This document shows, in pieces, positions 37,367 through 47,191 of a stretch of DNA of 64,000 bases; the stretch's first letter is position 1; every line of letters starts with the position of its first letter. This DNA is from Acidimicrobiales bacterium. GTDB taxonomy: Bacteria; Actinomycetota; Acidimicrobiia; Acidimicrobiales; JAUJNH01. The stretch lies in assembly GCA_030448245.1 (NCBI GenBank), contig JAUJNH010000005.1, forward strand, positions 183,308-247,307. The letters run 5' to 3'. A program made the translations under genes and the position numbers. A model generated the notes under the pieces. That model had not been told where the DNA came from. It saw nothing but the letters and a program-made list of their open reading frames with translations, and made no database searches.

Positions 37367-38158
37367 TCAGGCCGTGGAGAAGACGATCGATCCGTCGCGG
37401 CGGCCGGCGTCGGCCAGCCAGCGGAAGGTGGCGAGCGACAGCAGAAGCCAGCCTCCGCCGACCAGGGCCTCGAGGCCGGCGTCGCCGAGGATGTCTGACG
37501 CGCCGGCGCCCGCGAACAGCTCGCGGATGGCCTTCAGGCCATGGGTGAGGGGCAGGACCTGCGCCACGGCCCGGACGACCTCCGGGTAGACCGACAGCGG
37601 CACGCTGACGCCGCAGAAGGCCATCATCACGAGGCGGGCCACGTTGCTGACCGTGCGCCGGGTGCCCGGTGAGCGGAGGACGAACCCCGCCAGGAAGGTG
37701 GCGGTCATGTACGTGCTCACCGTCACCAGGGTGAGGAGGGCGAGGAGCGCGGGCAGACGGGCCCATGGCAGGGAGACGTCGTACAGGGGGGCCACGATGG
37801 CCAGGGCGCCGAGGGAGGTGATGAGGCCGTTGGGGACGAAGCTGGCGCCACGGCCCATCAGCGCCACGAGCGGGCTGGTGGGCGAGGCGACGAGGAGGGG
37901 CAGGGTGCCGGCGTCGCGCTCGCCGACGGTGGCGACCGTCACCGTGAAGCTGGAGGAGGTCGACACCATGATGGCGTTGCCGATCAGGAGGAACTCGACG
38001 TCGGCCTGCCGGCCGAGGAGCTGGCCCAGCGAGGCGAAGAACGCCACTTGCGCCACCATGCGCACGAACAGACCCAGCACCCAGCTCTGGACGGTGTAGA
38101 CGGCGCCCAGGGTGTCGCGGAAGCCGACCAGGGCGGCCCACCCCAGCACCCGCAGCAT
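37367..38158 (-). CDS. ABC-2 type exporter permease
   Basis: 264 aa, 6 hydrophobic segments. Follows a second permease and an ATPase in one operon. Confidence 0.8.
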   Translation of the reverse strand: MLRVLGWAALVGFRDTLGAVYTVQSWVLGLFVRMVAQVAFFASLGQLLGRQADVEFLLIGNAIMVSTSSSFTVTVATVGERDAGTLPLLVASPTSPLVALMGRGASFVPNGLITSLGALAIVAPLYDVSLPWARLPALLALLTLVTVSTYMTATFLAGFVLRSPGTRRTVSNVARLVMMAFCGVSVPLSVYPEVVRAVAQVLPLTHGLKAIRELFAGAGASDILGDAGLEALVGGGWLLLSLATFRWLADAGRRDGSIVFSTA

Positions 38159-38172
38159 GTGGCCCAGGCGGC

Positions 38173-38940
38173 TCACTCTTGGCCGATCGTTCCGAGGTGG
38201 CGGACGCGGTGGAGGACCAGTCGGAGGATGATCGAGCCGATCAGGAAGCCTCCGGCCCCGAGCAGCAGGACCGCCGACAACCGCCGCAGGACGTCCTGAG
38301 CCGGCTCGGGCTGCAGCGAGTCGCGCAGCAGGTCGGCGCTCCAGGAGAGGAAGATCAGCCGGCTCATCGGACGGAGCCACCCGGGCAGGTACGAGATTGG
38401 CACCAGGACGCCGGCCAGCAGGTAGATGGGGTAGTTCATCGTGTTCTGGAACGTCCGGGCGCCGCCGGCGAGCACAAAGGCGCCGGCCATGACCAGCGCG
38501 GTGCCCGTCATGGCCAGGGCGGTGGCCGCCAGGGCGCCCGCCAGCACGCCGGGGTGGTGGACGCTGACCTCGACGCCGAACCCGATGCGGGCCACGAGCC
38601 AGGTCTCGACGACGCCCACGGTGCCGAGCAGCGTGACGGCGAGGACGCGCCCGAAGACGACGGTCTGGAACCGGGTCGGCGTGGCCACCACCAGCTCGAG
38701 GATCCCGACCCCGCGGTCGGCGGAGACGACGTTCCCGGAGATCTCGAGCGACAGCGCCCACAGGGTCATGAGCACCGGGGCCACGATGGCGAAGGTCGTG
38801 AGGTCGCGGCGGCCGGCGGCCCGGACCACGCCGAGGAAGATGACGGCGAAGAACGGGTTGGTGAGGATCTCGTTCAGGTAGCCGCGGTCGGCCACGACGA
38901 TCTGCAGCTGGAGGCGGATGGCCCCGATGAGCGCCCGCAC
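38173..38940 (-). CDS. ABC-2 type exporter permease
   Basis: 255 aa: MRALIGAIRLQLQIVVADRGYLNEILTNPFFAVIFLGVV... polytopic. Confidence 0.8.
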   Translation of the reverse strand: MRALIGAIRLQLQIVVADRGYLNEILTNPFFAVIFLGVVRAAGRRDLTTFAIVAPVLMTLWALSLEISGNVVSADRGVGILELVVATPTRFQTVVFGRVLAVTLLGTVGVVETWLVARIGFGVEVSVHHPGVLAGALAATALAMTGTALVMAGAFVLAGGARTFQNTMNYPIYLLAGVLVPISYLPGWLRPMSRLIFLSWSADLLRDSLQPEPAQDVLRRLSAVLLLGAGGFLIGSIILRLVLHRVRHLGTIGQE

Positions 38941-38949
38941 CGCTCTCTC

Positions 38950-39909
38950 CTAGACGTCCATGCCACGCCGGCCGACGAGGTCGAGGTAGACCTCCTCCAG
39001 GGTGGGGCGGGTCACCCGGACCGATGTGACGCCGGCCGCCACGAGCCTGCGCATGACCTCGGGCACGACGCCGTCGGAATCGACCTCGATCCGCGTCGAC
39101 AACCCGAGCGCGCTGACGCTGCTCACCCCTCGGAGGGCCGACAGGTCCGCCACCACCTCGTCGGTCGCCCCGTCGCACTCCACCCGCTCGTAGCGAGACA
39201 GCATCTCCGACAGCGCCCTCGGCGTCTCGGTGGCGAGGATGCGGCCGCGGTCGATGAGCGTCACCCGTTGGCACAGCGCCTCGGCCTCGGCCATGTCGTG
39301 GGTCGTCAGGAAGATCGTGCGCCGCTCCCCGGCCAGCTCGCCGACGATCGCCCGGAGCTCGCGGGCGGCCAGCGGGTCGAGCCCGGTGGTCGGCTCGTCG
39401 AGGAACAGCACCGGTGGGTCGTGCATCAGCGCCCGGGCCAGGTGCAGGCGCTGCCGCATGCCGCGCGAGTACGTCTGCACCCGGTCGTCGGCCCGCTTGG
39501 TGAGGCCCATCCGCTCGAGGAGGGCGTCGACCCGCCGCCGGCCGGCACCTGGCTCGAGCTTGTGGAGCGCCGCCCAGTAGCGGAGGTTCTGGCGGGCGGT
39601 GAGGCGGTTGTAGAGGCCGCGGTCACCGCCGAGGACGATCCCGATCAACGGTCGCACGCTCGTGGCCTCGGCGGCGACATCGCGTCCCAGCACGGTTGCG
39701 GACCCCGAGGTGGGGAGCAGGATGGTGGCGAGGATCTTCACGAGCGTGGTCTTGCCGGCACCGTTCGGGCCCAGCAAGCCGTGCACCTCACCTTCGTCGA
39801 CCCGCAGCGACACCCCCTGGAGCGCCACCACCTCGGGCCGCTTCTTCGGCTGGAAGGTGCGCACGAGATCCTCGACGACCACCGCCGGACCAGACCACGG
39901 ACCGCCCAT
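38950..39909 (-). CDS. ABC transporter ATP-binding protein (DrrA-like)
   Basis: Walker A GPNGAGKTT, signature YSRGMRQRL, Walker B VLFLDEPTTGLD. Confidence 0.9.
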   Translation of the reverse strand: MGGPWSGPAVVVEDLVRTFQPKKRPEVVALQGVSLRVDEGEVHGLLGPNGAGKTTLVKILATILLPTSGSATVLGRDVAAEATSVRPLIGIVLGGDRGLYNRLTARQNLRYWAALHKLEPGAGRRRVDALLERMGLTKRADDRVQTYSRGMRQRLHLARALMHDPPVLFLDEPTTGLDPLAARELRAIVGELAGERRTIFLTTHDMAEAEALCQRVTLIDRGRILATETPRALSEMLSRYERVECDGATDEVVADLSALRGVSSVSALGLSTRIEVDSDGVVPEVMRRLVAAGVTSVRVTRPTLEEVYLDLVGRRGMDV

Positions 39910-40149
39910 GACCCCTCCTCGCCCGTGACGCTAGTGGGACGTTGGCACCGCCCCGAGGGATTTCGTCCGCACTCCCAGTGCGTGATCGTCCATCGGATCG
40001 GCGCGATCAACCATCCGCCGGACCTCCTGGCGTGCCACAGTCGGATGTCGACCGGCTGCTCGATCGGGCACCGCCGGCGGCGTCGCTGAGGCTGTCGTGG
40101 TGCCTGACAGTGCCCTCCGAGCCTGCGTGCACCGCGCGGGCCGCGCCTG

Positions 40150-40521
40150 TCAGTCGGTCTTGCTGAAGCGGTGGACGGCGATGGCGAAGGTGACCAGGCC
40201 GAGGACGGCGAGGATGAGGAGCCTCGGTGGGTCCCCGTGCAGCTCCCTGCTCAGCCCGGTCCCCAGCACGAACGTCCGGAAGTCGACGTTCCCGGTCGGC
40301 GTGCCGGGCGCACCCACCGACACGACCCTGCTCAGCCCGGTCCCCAGCACGAACAGCCACAGGAGGGGCTGGACCAGGCCAGCCACCAGCCGGCGGCGGT
40401 CCTTGCCCCACCGCAGCAGCTCGCGGTGGCAGACGATGCGGACGGCCCGCAGGTCGGCCCGCACACCGGAGGGCGGCCGGCTGACCTGGGCGACCGGCAG
40501 CTGTGAGCGGAGCGTGGCCAC
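40150..40521 (-). pseudogene. Collapsed ABC-2 permease (N-terminal and C-terminal ends joined, middle missing)
   Basis: 123 aa: the typical N-terminus ...RAVRIVCHRELLRWGKDRRRLVAGLVQPLLWLFVLGTGLSR is joined to the C-terminal ...LLILAVLGLVTFAIAVHRFSKTD. A 29-bp perfect repeat sits at the junction. Confidence 0.6.
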
Positions 40522-41511
40522 CTACGTCCGGCCCCGGTACATGGCTGGGATCTCCGGCCCGGCGTTCTCGGCGTTGCGGATGGTGCGGCCCGTGAAGGCC
40601 ATGAACACGTCGTCCAGCGTCGGCCGGGTGACGCTGACCGAGCGGACGCCCACGTCCAGATCGGTGAGGAGCCGGGGGACGAAGCGCTCGCCGTCGGGAA
40701 CGTCGAGCGCCAGCCCACCGTCGACCGCGATGGCGTCCAGCCCGAACTGGCGCTTGATGTCAGCGGCGGCGGCCGCGTCGTCGGCGGTCTCCAGCCTGAT
40801 GCGGTCGGTGCCGATCGCCGCCTTCAGCGCCTGGGGCGTGTTGAGGGCGACGATCTGGCCGGCGTCCATGATGGCGATCCGGTCGCAGTGCTCGGCCTCG
40901 TCCATGTAGTGGGTGGTAAGGAAGATCGTCAGGTCCTCCTGGTGACGGAGCTCGTCGAGGTACTCCCAGATCGAGGCGCGGGTCTGCGGGTCGAGGCCCA
41001 CGGTCGGCTCGTCGAGGAAGAGGACCCGAGGCGAGTGCAGCAGCCCCCGGGCGATCTCGAGCCGCCGCTTCATCCCGCCCGAGAAGGTGGCGACGTCCTT
41101 GTCCCGCCGCTCCCACAGCCCGACCAGCTCCAGGACCTGGCGCATCCGAGCTTCCAGCCGCTCCGGCGGGACGCCGTAGAGCTGACCGTGGAAGCGGAGG
41201 TTCTGCGCAGCCGACAGGTAGGTGTCGAGCGTCATGTCCTGGAAGACCAGGCCGATCTCGCGCCGGACCTCGTCGCGCTGGGTCGCCACGTCCCAGCCGG
41301 CCACCTCGGCCCGGCCACCGGTGGGCAGCTGAAGGGTGCAGAGCACGTTGATGGTGGTCGACTTGCCCGCCCCGTTGGGACCCAGGAACCCGAACGTCTC
41401 GCCGGCCTCGACCTCGAAGTCCACACCTCGCACGGCCTCGACCTCACCGAAGCGCTTCTGGAGGTGCTCGACCCGTATGGCGACCTTCCGGCCGCTCACC
41501 TGCTGATCCAC
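40522..41511 (-). CDS. ABC transporter ATP-binding protein
   Basis: GTG 41511 with GGAGGG SD. Walker A GPNGAGKST, signature FSGGMKRRL, Walker B VLFLDEPTVGLD. Confidence 0.9.
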   Translation of the reverse strand: MDQQVSGRKVAIRVEHLQKRFGEVEAVRGVDFEVEAGETFGFLGPNGAGKSTTINVLCTLQLPTGGRAEVAGWDVATQRDEVRREIGLVFQDMTLDTYLSAAQNLRFHGQLYGVPPERLEARMRQVLELVGLWERRDKDVATFSGGMKRRLEIARGLLHSPRVLFLDEPTVGLDPQTRASIWEYLDELRHQEDLTIFLTTHYMDEAEHCDRIAIMDAGQIVALNTPQALKAAIGTDRIRLETADDAAAAADIKRQFGLDAIAVDGGLALDVPDGERFVPRLLTDLDVGVRSVSVTRPTLDDVFMAFTGRTIRNAENAGPEIPAMYRGRT

Positions 41512-41587
41512 AGCCCACCCTCCAACCGTTGGCAGTTCCAACGATAGACGGTTCCCACTGATTGTCAAGGGGAGGTACGGTGGCGTC

Positions 41588-42061
41588 GTGGACGACGACG
41601 ATCGCCGCACGAACGCCCTGTCGGGCGTTTTCCTCCTCGCCCGGGAGATGCGCAGACACCTCCACGAGCTCATGGCCGACGAGCCATGGGTCACCGAGGC
41701 CGGCTTCCGGCCGCCGTGCATGGGCGTGCTCCACGTCGTGGCCAAGCTGCAGCCCGTGTCCCAGCGCGAGATCGGCGACCGCCTCGGGCTCGACGCCAGC
41801 GACGTGGTGGGCGTGCTCGACGTGCTCGAGGCGGCCCGCATGGTCGAGCGCCGGCGGGACCCTCACGATCGTCGCCGCCACGCAGTCGTGCTCACCGGCC
41901 TCGGGGAGACGGCCGCCCGCCGCTCGGCCGACCTGCAAGCCAAGGCCGAAGACCGGGCGCTGGCCGACCTCGATCCCGAGGAACGCCGCCTCCTGACCGA
42001 CCTCCTCAACCGGGCCACCGCCCGGTCCACGTCGGGTCCGGCACGCCGCCTGCCCGTCTGA
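41588..42061 (+). CDS. MarR family transcriptional regulator
   Basis: Winged HTH: VSQREIGDRLGLDASDVVGVLDVLEAARMVERRRDPHDRRRHAVVLT. Divergent from the ABC operon. Confidence 0.85.
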   Translation: MDDDDRRTNALSGVFLLAREMRRHLHELMADEPWVTEAGFRPPCMGVLHVVAKLQPVSQREIGDRLGLDASDVVGVLDVLEAARMVERRRDPHDRRRHAVVLTGLGETAARRSADLQAKAEDRALADLDPEERRLLTDLLNRATARSTSGPARRLPV

Positions 42062-42126
42062 GGCCGACACGACGTCCGGCAGGACGTCCTCGCTCGCACG
42101 GGCCTCCGGGTCGGGGAAGAGCCCCG

Positions 42127-42453
42127 TCAGCGCCCGACAGCCTCCTCCAGCTGGGCCTTGGTCATCTTCGAACGGCCCTTGATGCCCTTCTGGCGGGCCT
42201 CGTTGTAGAGCTGGTCCCTGGTCCGGCCGCCCGCCCCGCGGTGGGACCGCAGGCCGCCCCGTCGACCGGAGGAGATGTCGTCAGTCGAGGTGCGGCTGGC
42301 CTGCTTGGCCTCACCGGCCCGGGCCCGCTCCTTGTTGACGGTGCGGGCCGCGATCTCGGCCGCGGTCTCCTCGTCCTCACCACGGTCGAGGAGCCCGTCC
42401 TTGATGTGGTCGTACTGGCGCTCCCGCTTCTTGCTCCACCCCGGCTGCGGCAC
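42127..42453 (-). CDS. Small basic protein with a Rho-N/SAP-like C-terminal motif
   Basis: MPQPGWSKKRERQYDHIKDGL...TRDQLYNEARQKGIKGRSKMTKAQLEEAV. Confidence 0.55.
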   Translation of the reverse strand: MPQPGWSKKRERQYDHIKDGLLDRGEDEETAAEIAARTVNKERARAGEAKQASRTSTDDISSGRRGGLRSHRGAGGRTRDQLYNEARQKGIKGRSKMTKAQLEEAVGR

Positions 42454-42507
42454 GAAGGCCTCCTACCCGCCGGACGGCCCAAACCACCCTTCCGTGGGGC
42501 CGCTGGG

Positions 42508-43457
42508 TCAGGCGCCTAGCAGCTCGCGCACCGAGTCGTTGGCCGTGCTGGGGTGGCGCAGCTTGCACATGGCCTTGACCTCGATCTGGCGGATGCGCTC
42601 CCTCGTGAGGTCGAAGTGGGCGGAGACGTCCTCGAGCGTCCTGGGCTCGCCACCGCCCTCCAGCCCGTAGCGCAGCATCAGGATCCGGCGCTCGCGGTCG
42701 TCCAGGCGGCTGAGCAGCTTGTCGATCTGCGGGGCGGTGTCGGCGTCGATCACCTGGCCGGCGGGATCCTGGCCGGCGTCCGGCACCCGGTCGCCGAGGG
42801 AGAGCTCGCCGTCGACCCCGATCGGCTGGTCGAGGCTGGTGGTGGACTGCATCCACCTCTGGGTCTCCTCGACCTGGGCGGGAGCCAGGCCCGACTCGTA
42901 GGCCAGCTCCTCGGTGGTCGGGCGCCGGCCGAGCCGGCCCTCGAGGCGGGCGCTGGTCTTGGTGAGCAGCGTGACCGTGTCGCCGGCGTGCACGGGGAGG
43001 CGGATGGTGCGCTCCTGGTTGGCGATGCCGCGCGTGATCGACTGCTTGATCCACCAGGTGGCGTAGGTCGAGAACTTGAAGCCCTTGCGCCAGTCGAACT
43101 TCTCGACCGCGTGCATCAGCCCCAGGTTGCCCTCCTGGATCAGGTCGGCCAGCGGCATCCCCGACGACTGGTAGCGCCGGGCGATCGAGATGACCAGCCG
43201 AAGGTTGGCGTGGATGAACTGATCGGTGGCCTCCTGGCCGGCCCGGACCTGGGCGCGGGCGGTGCGCCGCTGCTCGGCCGAGAGCGGCTCGTCGCCCTCG
43301 AGCCGAGCCGCGCCGCGGCGCCCTCCTCGATGACGGCCGCCAGCCGAGCCTCGTCGTCCTTGGTGAGGAGCTCCCAGCGCCCGAGGCCCTCCATGTACAG
43401 GCCGACCGAGTCAGCCTCGATGCCCTGATCCCGCTTGTCGTGCTTCACCTTGGCCAC
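42508..43457 (-). pseudogene. SigB-like (group 2) sigma-70 factor interrupted by a 5-bp tandem duplication
   Basis: Region 1.2 ([31 protein letters not shown]) is in one frame. Regions 2-4 ([16 protein letters not shown]...[37 protein letters not shown]...RERIRQIE) are in another. The junction is GAGCCGAGCC at 43300-43309. Confidence 0.8.
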
Positions 43458-43718
43458 CAGGCTGCTCCTGTCGTTGCCTTTGCTCTTCGGAAGGGCGGGC
43501 CGCGGCGGATGCCTCCCGAGGGTGGGCGCCCGCTGCGGTCGCTGCTGAGGCCGGCCCACCGGTGCCCTGTGCCGGTCGGTCGAGCGACCGCCCTGGCCGC
43601 TTCAGGTTGAACGCACCGGCGCAGGCGCGCATTCCACCTGGCCGGCCCCTCTCGAGCAGATGCGGGGGTCCGCAGCAGCCCGCGCTGGCACCGAATGGGC
43701 TCCCGTAGGATCCAGGAG

Positions 43719-43961
43719 GTGAGCGCCAACCGGACCCGGCTCGACCACTGCCTGGTCCAGGCGGCCGACGAAGCCCTTCCCATCGAGGGTCGTCTGGCCG
43801 CGGTCAACATCGCCAGGCAGTACCTCGAGGCCATGACCCGGGAGATGGTCACCGAGGCGCGGGAGGCGGGGCAGTCGTGGGAGGACCTGGCCGACGTGTT
43901 CGGCACCTCGGCCCAGAACCTGAAGGCCCGGTTCGGCAGCTACCGCGAGTACGACGACTGA
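43719..43961 (+). CDS. Small hypothetical protein, possibly leaderless
   Basis: TAGGAT (43706-43711), then 7 nt, then GTG 43719; alternative ATG at 43695. The C-terminus SWEDLADVFGTSAQNLKARFG is HTH-like. Confidence 0.45.
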   Translation: MSANRTRLDHCLVQAADEALPIEGRLAAVNIARQYLEAMTREMVTEAREAGQSWEDLADVFGTSAQNLKARFGSYREYDD

Positions 43962-43988
43962 TCGGCCGCTGGCGGCCGCCGGCGCCGG

Positions 43989-44492
43989 CTACTCGACGTC
44001 GAACACCTCGTCGGCCGCCGTGGCCATCAGCCGGTCGGCCAGCTCCTGCTTCATCGCCGTGAACCGCTCCAGCTCGTCAGGCGTCAGGGCGGGGTTCTGG
44101 GCCAGCGCCACGAACTCGTCGGTCACCGTGCCCTCCCGGAGGAGCAGCGACAGGGTCCGGCCCCGGTAGCCGACCCGGAAGGCGAAGGTCTCGAGGGTGT
44201 GCCCCCGCTCGGGCCGCACCACGGTCGGGTCGACGACGTAGCGCCCGTCGGTGAGGCCACGGGTCACCAGCTCGCAGGCATCCCGAGCCCCCGGGCCCCG
44301 GAAGGCGGCGTCGATGACCACCTCCCGCCGCTCCAGCGGCCCGTCCAGGTCGAGCAGGGCGAAGGCCCGCTCCATCAGCTTGAAGCCCAGCGCCACGCCG
44401 CCCGGGCTGCCCGGCCCGCTGTAGCGCAGCATCTCGTCGAAGGAGAAGGCGATCGCCTGCCCCTGTTCCTGCACCTGGATCGAGTCGCTCAT
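43989..44492 (-). CDS. Conserved-looking hypothetical protein (167 aa)
   Basis: Clean ORF with normal composition: MSDSIQVQEQGQAIAFSFDEMLRYSGPGSPGGVALGFKLMERAF... No family recognised. Confidence 0.55.
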   Translation of the reverse strand: MSDSIQVQEQGQAIAFSFDEMLRYSGPGSPGGVALGFKLMERAFALLDLDGPLERREVVIDAAFRGPGARDACELVTRGLTDGRYVVDPTVVRPERGHTLETFAFRVGYRGRTLSLLLREGTVTDEFVALAQNPALTPDELERFTAMKQELADRLMATAADEVFDVE

Positions 44493-44532
44493 CGGCCCAG
44501 GCTGTCAGCCCGGCCGCTCCTAGGATCACCCC

Positions 44533-45279
44533 GTGGGCTCGAAGCTGCAGGCGGTGGTGTTCGACGTCGACGGCACCCTGGTCGACAGCGAGCGCCACGG
44601 GCACCGGGTGGCCTTCAACGACGCCTTTGCAGCCGCCGGCCTGCCCTACTCCTGGGACGAGGAAACCTACGGGCACTGGCTCTCGGTGCACGGCGGGGTG
44701 CGCCGGATCGACGCCTTCCTCGAGGAGATGGGGCGGCCCGAGGCCGAGCGGGAGGAGCTGGCACCGAAGCTGCACGCCGAGAAGACCAAGCTGCTGCGGG
44801 CCATGATCGACGCGGGCCGGATCCCGCCCCGGCCGGGCATGGCCGAGCTCCTCGATCACCTGGCCGCCTCCGGGGTCAGGCTCGGCGTGGCCACCGTCGG
44901 GAGCGACGGGTGGGTCAAGCACCTCCTCGGCCGGCTCTTCCCCGAGGCGGACTTCGAGGTCGTCGTAACCGGCGCCGACGTCAGCGAGAAGAAGCCCGAC
45001 CCGGGCTGCTACCTGCAGGCCCTGGAGGGCCTGGGGGTCGGGCCAGAGGCGGCGGTGGCCGTCGAGGACTCGGCCACCGGGCTGGCCTCGGCCCGCGGGT
45101 CCGGGCTGGCATGCGTGGTCGTCCGCAACGACTACACGGCCGACGAGGACATGACCGGAGCCGACCTGGTGCTCGACGGCGTCGACGCCGGCGCCCACGT
45201 CCTGGACGACCCCCACGGCGTGGCCCCGAGCCTCCCGCTCGAGCTCGACGCGCTGGAGCGCCTGCTCGGCAGCCGCTGA
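44533..45279 (+). CDS. HAD-IA family hydrolase (CbbY-like)
   Basis: Motif I VVFDVDGTLVDSE, and later GVATVGS and EDSATGLASARGSGLACVV. Confidence 0.85.
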   Translation: MGSKLQAVVFDVDGTLVDSERHGHRVAFNDAFAAAGLPYSWDEETYGHWLSVHGGVRRIDAFLEEMGRPEAEREELAPKLHAEKTKLLRAMIDAGRIPPRPGMAELLDHLAASGVRLGVATVGSDGWVKHLLGRLFPEADFEVVVTGADVSEKKPDPGCYLQALEGLGVGPEAAVAVEDSATGLASARGSGLACVVVRNDYTADEDMTGADLVLDGVDAGAHVLDDPHGVAPSLPLELDALERLLGSR

Positions 45280-45317
45280 GGCTGGCACCTCGGTCCCTCC
45301 GGCGGGCAAGGTTGCGC

Positions 45318-46340
45318 ATGGCCACGCGCTCCGCACTCGTGACCGGCGCCACCGGGTTCATCGGCGGCCGGCTCGTCTCGAGCCTGGGCAACCAGGGGTT
45401 CTCCGTCCGCGCCTGCGGGCGCCGACCACGGCCCCACGACCTCCCCCAGGACGTCGAGTATGAAGCCGTCGACCTCGCCGGGGGCGACGACCTCGCCCCG
45501 CTGTACGACGGGGTCACCCACGTGTTCCACCTGGCCGGCGCCTCCAGCTCGAACGCAGACGAGGCAGAGATGGAACGGGCCAACGTCCAAGCCACCCGGA
45601 ACCTCGTCCGAGCCGCGCCTCCGGGCCAGGTCGAGCGGTTCGTGCACATGAGCTCGACCTCGATCTACGGCGAGGAGGAGCAGCTGCCGCTGCCGGTGCG
45701 AGAAGACGTCGGACCACACCCCAGCCGGACCTACGGCAAGGCCAAGTGGCGCACCGAGCAGGTGGTGCAGGAGGCGACCCGTGCGGGCCTGCCCACCGTC
45801 GTCCTGCGCCCGGTCTCGGTGTACGGCCCCGGCAACGTGAAGCTCCTGGCCAGCGCCATCCTCGACGTGGCCATCGAGGCCTTCGCGAAGCTCCGAACGG
45901 TGCCCGTCCCGGCCAAGCCCATCGAGCAGCGCCTGGTGCACATCGACGACCTCCTCGCCGTCACCCTGCACGTGGCCGAAGCCGACGAGGCGGTGGGGAA
46001 GGCCTTCAACGTCGTCGACGGCCTCTACCCGAGCAGCCACGACATTGCCCGGATCCTCGCCGGCCACTTCGACCTCGAGGTGGAGCTGGCCGACGACCCC
46101 GAGGCCGGCCCCAGCCACGAGGAGCGCCAGCGGTGGCACGGCGAGATGGTCGAGCAGGGGATGAAGCAGGACATCTTCCTCACCAAGGAGCGCTTCCGCT
46201 TCATGCGCAAGACCAACCGCAACAACAGGGTGAGCATCGACGCCCTGCTGGCCACCGGCTTCCACTTCGAGCACACCGACCTCGAGGCCAGCATCGGCTC
46301 GACGATCACCTGGTACCGCGACCACCGCTGGATCCTCTGA
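45318..46340 (+). CDS. NAD-dependent epimerase/dehydratase family (SDR) protein
   Basis: Rossmann ALVTGATGFIGGRLV and catalytic YGKAKW (YxxxK). Confidence 0.85.
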   Translation: MATRSALVTGATGFIGGRLVSSLGNQGFSVRACGRRPRPHDLPQDVEYEAVDLAGGDDLAPLYDGVTHVFHLAGASSSNADEAEMERANVQATRNLVRAAPPGQVERFVHMSSTSIYGEEEQLPLPVREDVGPHPSRTYGKAKWRTEQVVQEATRAGLPTVVLRPVSVYGPGNVKLLASAILDVAIEAFAKLRTVPVPAKPIEQRLVHIDDLLAVTLHVAEADEAVGKAFNVVDGLYPSSHDIARILAGHFDLEVELADDPEAGPSHEERQRWHGEMVEQGMKQDIFLTKERFRFMRKTNRNNRVSIDALLATGFHFEHTDLEASIGSTITWYRDHRWIL

Positions 46341-46959
46341 TCCGGAAGGGGATCAGGGGCGTGGCGTGGTGGGGCAGGCCGAGGGGGGCGGCCCCAGGTC
46401 GAAGGTTGGGCGGCGGCTGGCCCGCCGGGGTGATCACGGCCTGGATCTCCTCGGTGCGCAGCGGCAGCTGAGCCGTGGTGGTCAGGCCGGAGAGGCTGCC
46501 GCTGTCGCCACCCAGGCTCCAACGGGCCGTCCACGCCACCGTCACCACCAGGGTGCCGACGCACCGGTCGATGTACTGGTGGACGAGCTTGCCGTCGGGG
46601 TACGGAGCGCCGGCGTACCCGCGCGGGCCTGTGGTGACGTGCCCGTCGCCCCACCTGATGGTCGGCGTACCGACCGCGGTGACGGTGAGCGGGCCGAGCG
46701 GGGTCTGGTGGGTGATGGCGGGCCGCAGATCGGCCCGGAGCGACAGGTAGGCGTCGAGCCCCGTGATCGGGTTCGTCGGGTTGAGCGCCGCTTGGGTGCG
46801 GGCAGCGGCGTGGCCCGCCAGAACTCGGTGGCCAGCGTGGAGGGTGCCGGCGTCGCCCGAGCAGCCGGCCGAGCCCGTGCCCGCCCACCCGAGCAAGGAG
46901 TGAACGTCGACACCAAACGTTCCCCCTGGCGGCCCCCACTGATAGTCCCCGACCCACAA
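46306..46959 (-). CDS. Hypothetical protein, possibly the distal part of a disrupted secreted protein
   Basis: LWVGDYQWGPPGGTFGVDVHS...TIRWGDGHVTTGPRGYAGAPYPDGKLVHQYIDRCVGTLVVTVAWTARW. There is no signal peptide in this frame, though one exists in another frame at 47204. Confidence 0.4.
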   Translation of the reverse strand: MWVGDYQWGPPGGTFGVDVHSLLGWAGTGSAGCSGDAGTLHAGHRVLAGHAAARTQAALNPTNPITGLDAYLSLRADLRPAITHQTPLGPLTVTAVGTPTIRWGDGHVTTGPRGYAGAPYPDGKLVHQYIDRCVGTLVVTVAWTARWSLGGDSGSLSGLTTTAQLPLRTEEIQAVITPAGQPPPNLRPGAAPLGLPHHATPLIPFRIRGSSGGRGTR

Positions 46960-47191
46960 AAGCCTGCGCCGATAGTTCCGACGAGGGTCTTTGCCGCCGC
47001 AGACCGGAGACCCGATGATCGAGGCACTGCTCTACTGGGTGGTGCTGTTCCTGCTGTGGATGGGCATCTGGTCTCATGAAGCAGCCCGCTGATGCTCGCT
47101 CTGGCCACCGTGGCACATCCATCGGCGGCGGCAGGCACGGGAAGGAGCCAGTCGGTGCCCACTAATGAAGCTATGACCGCGACCGTGGCGC

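Noticed and set aside
41522-41541. CCAA-ccg-TTGG-cagt-TCCAA inverted repeats in the marR/ABC divergent region as a MarR operator
   Set aside because: The half-sites are only 4 bp and the arrangement is ambiguous. It is plausible but not supportable from sequence alone.
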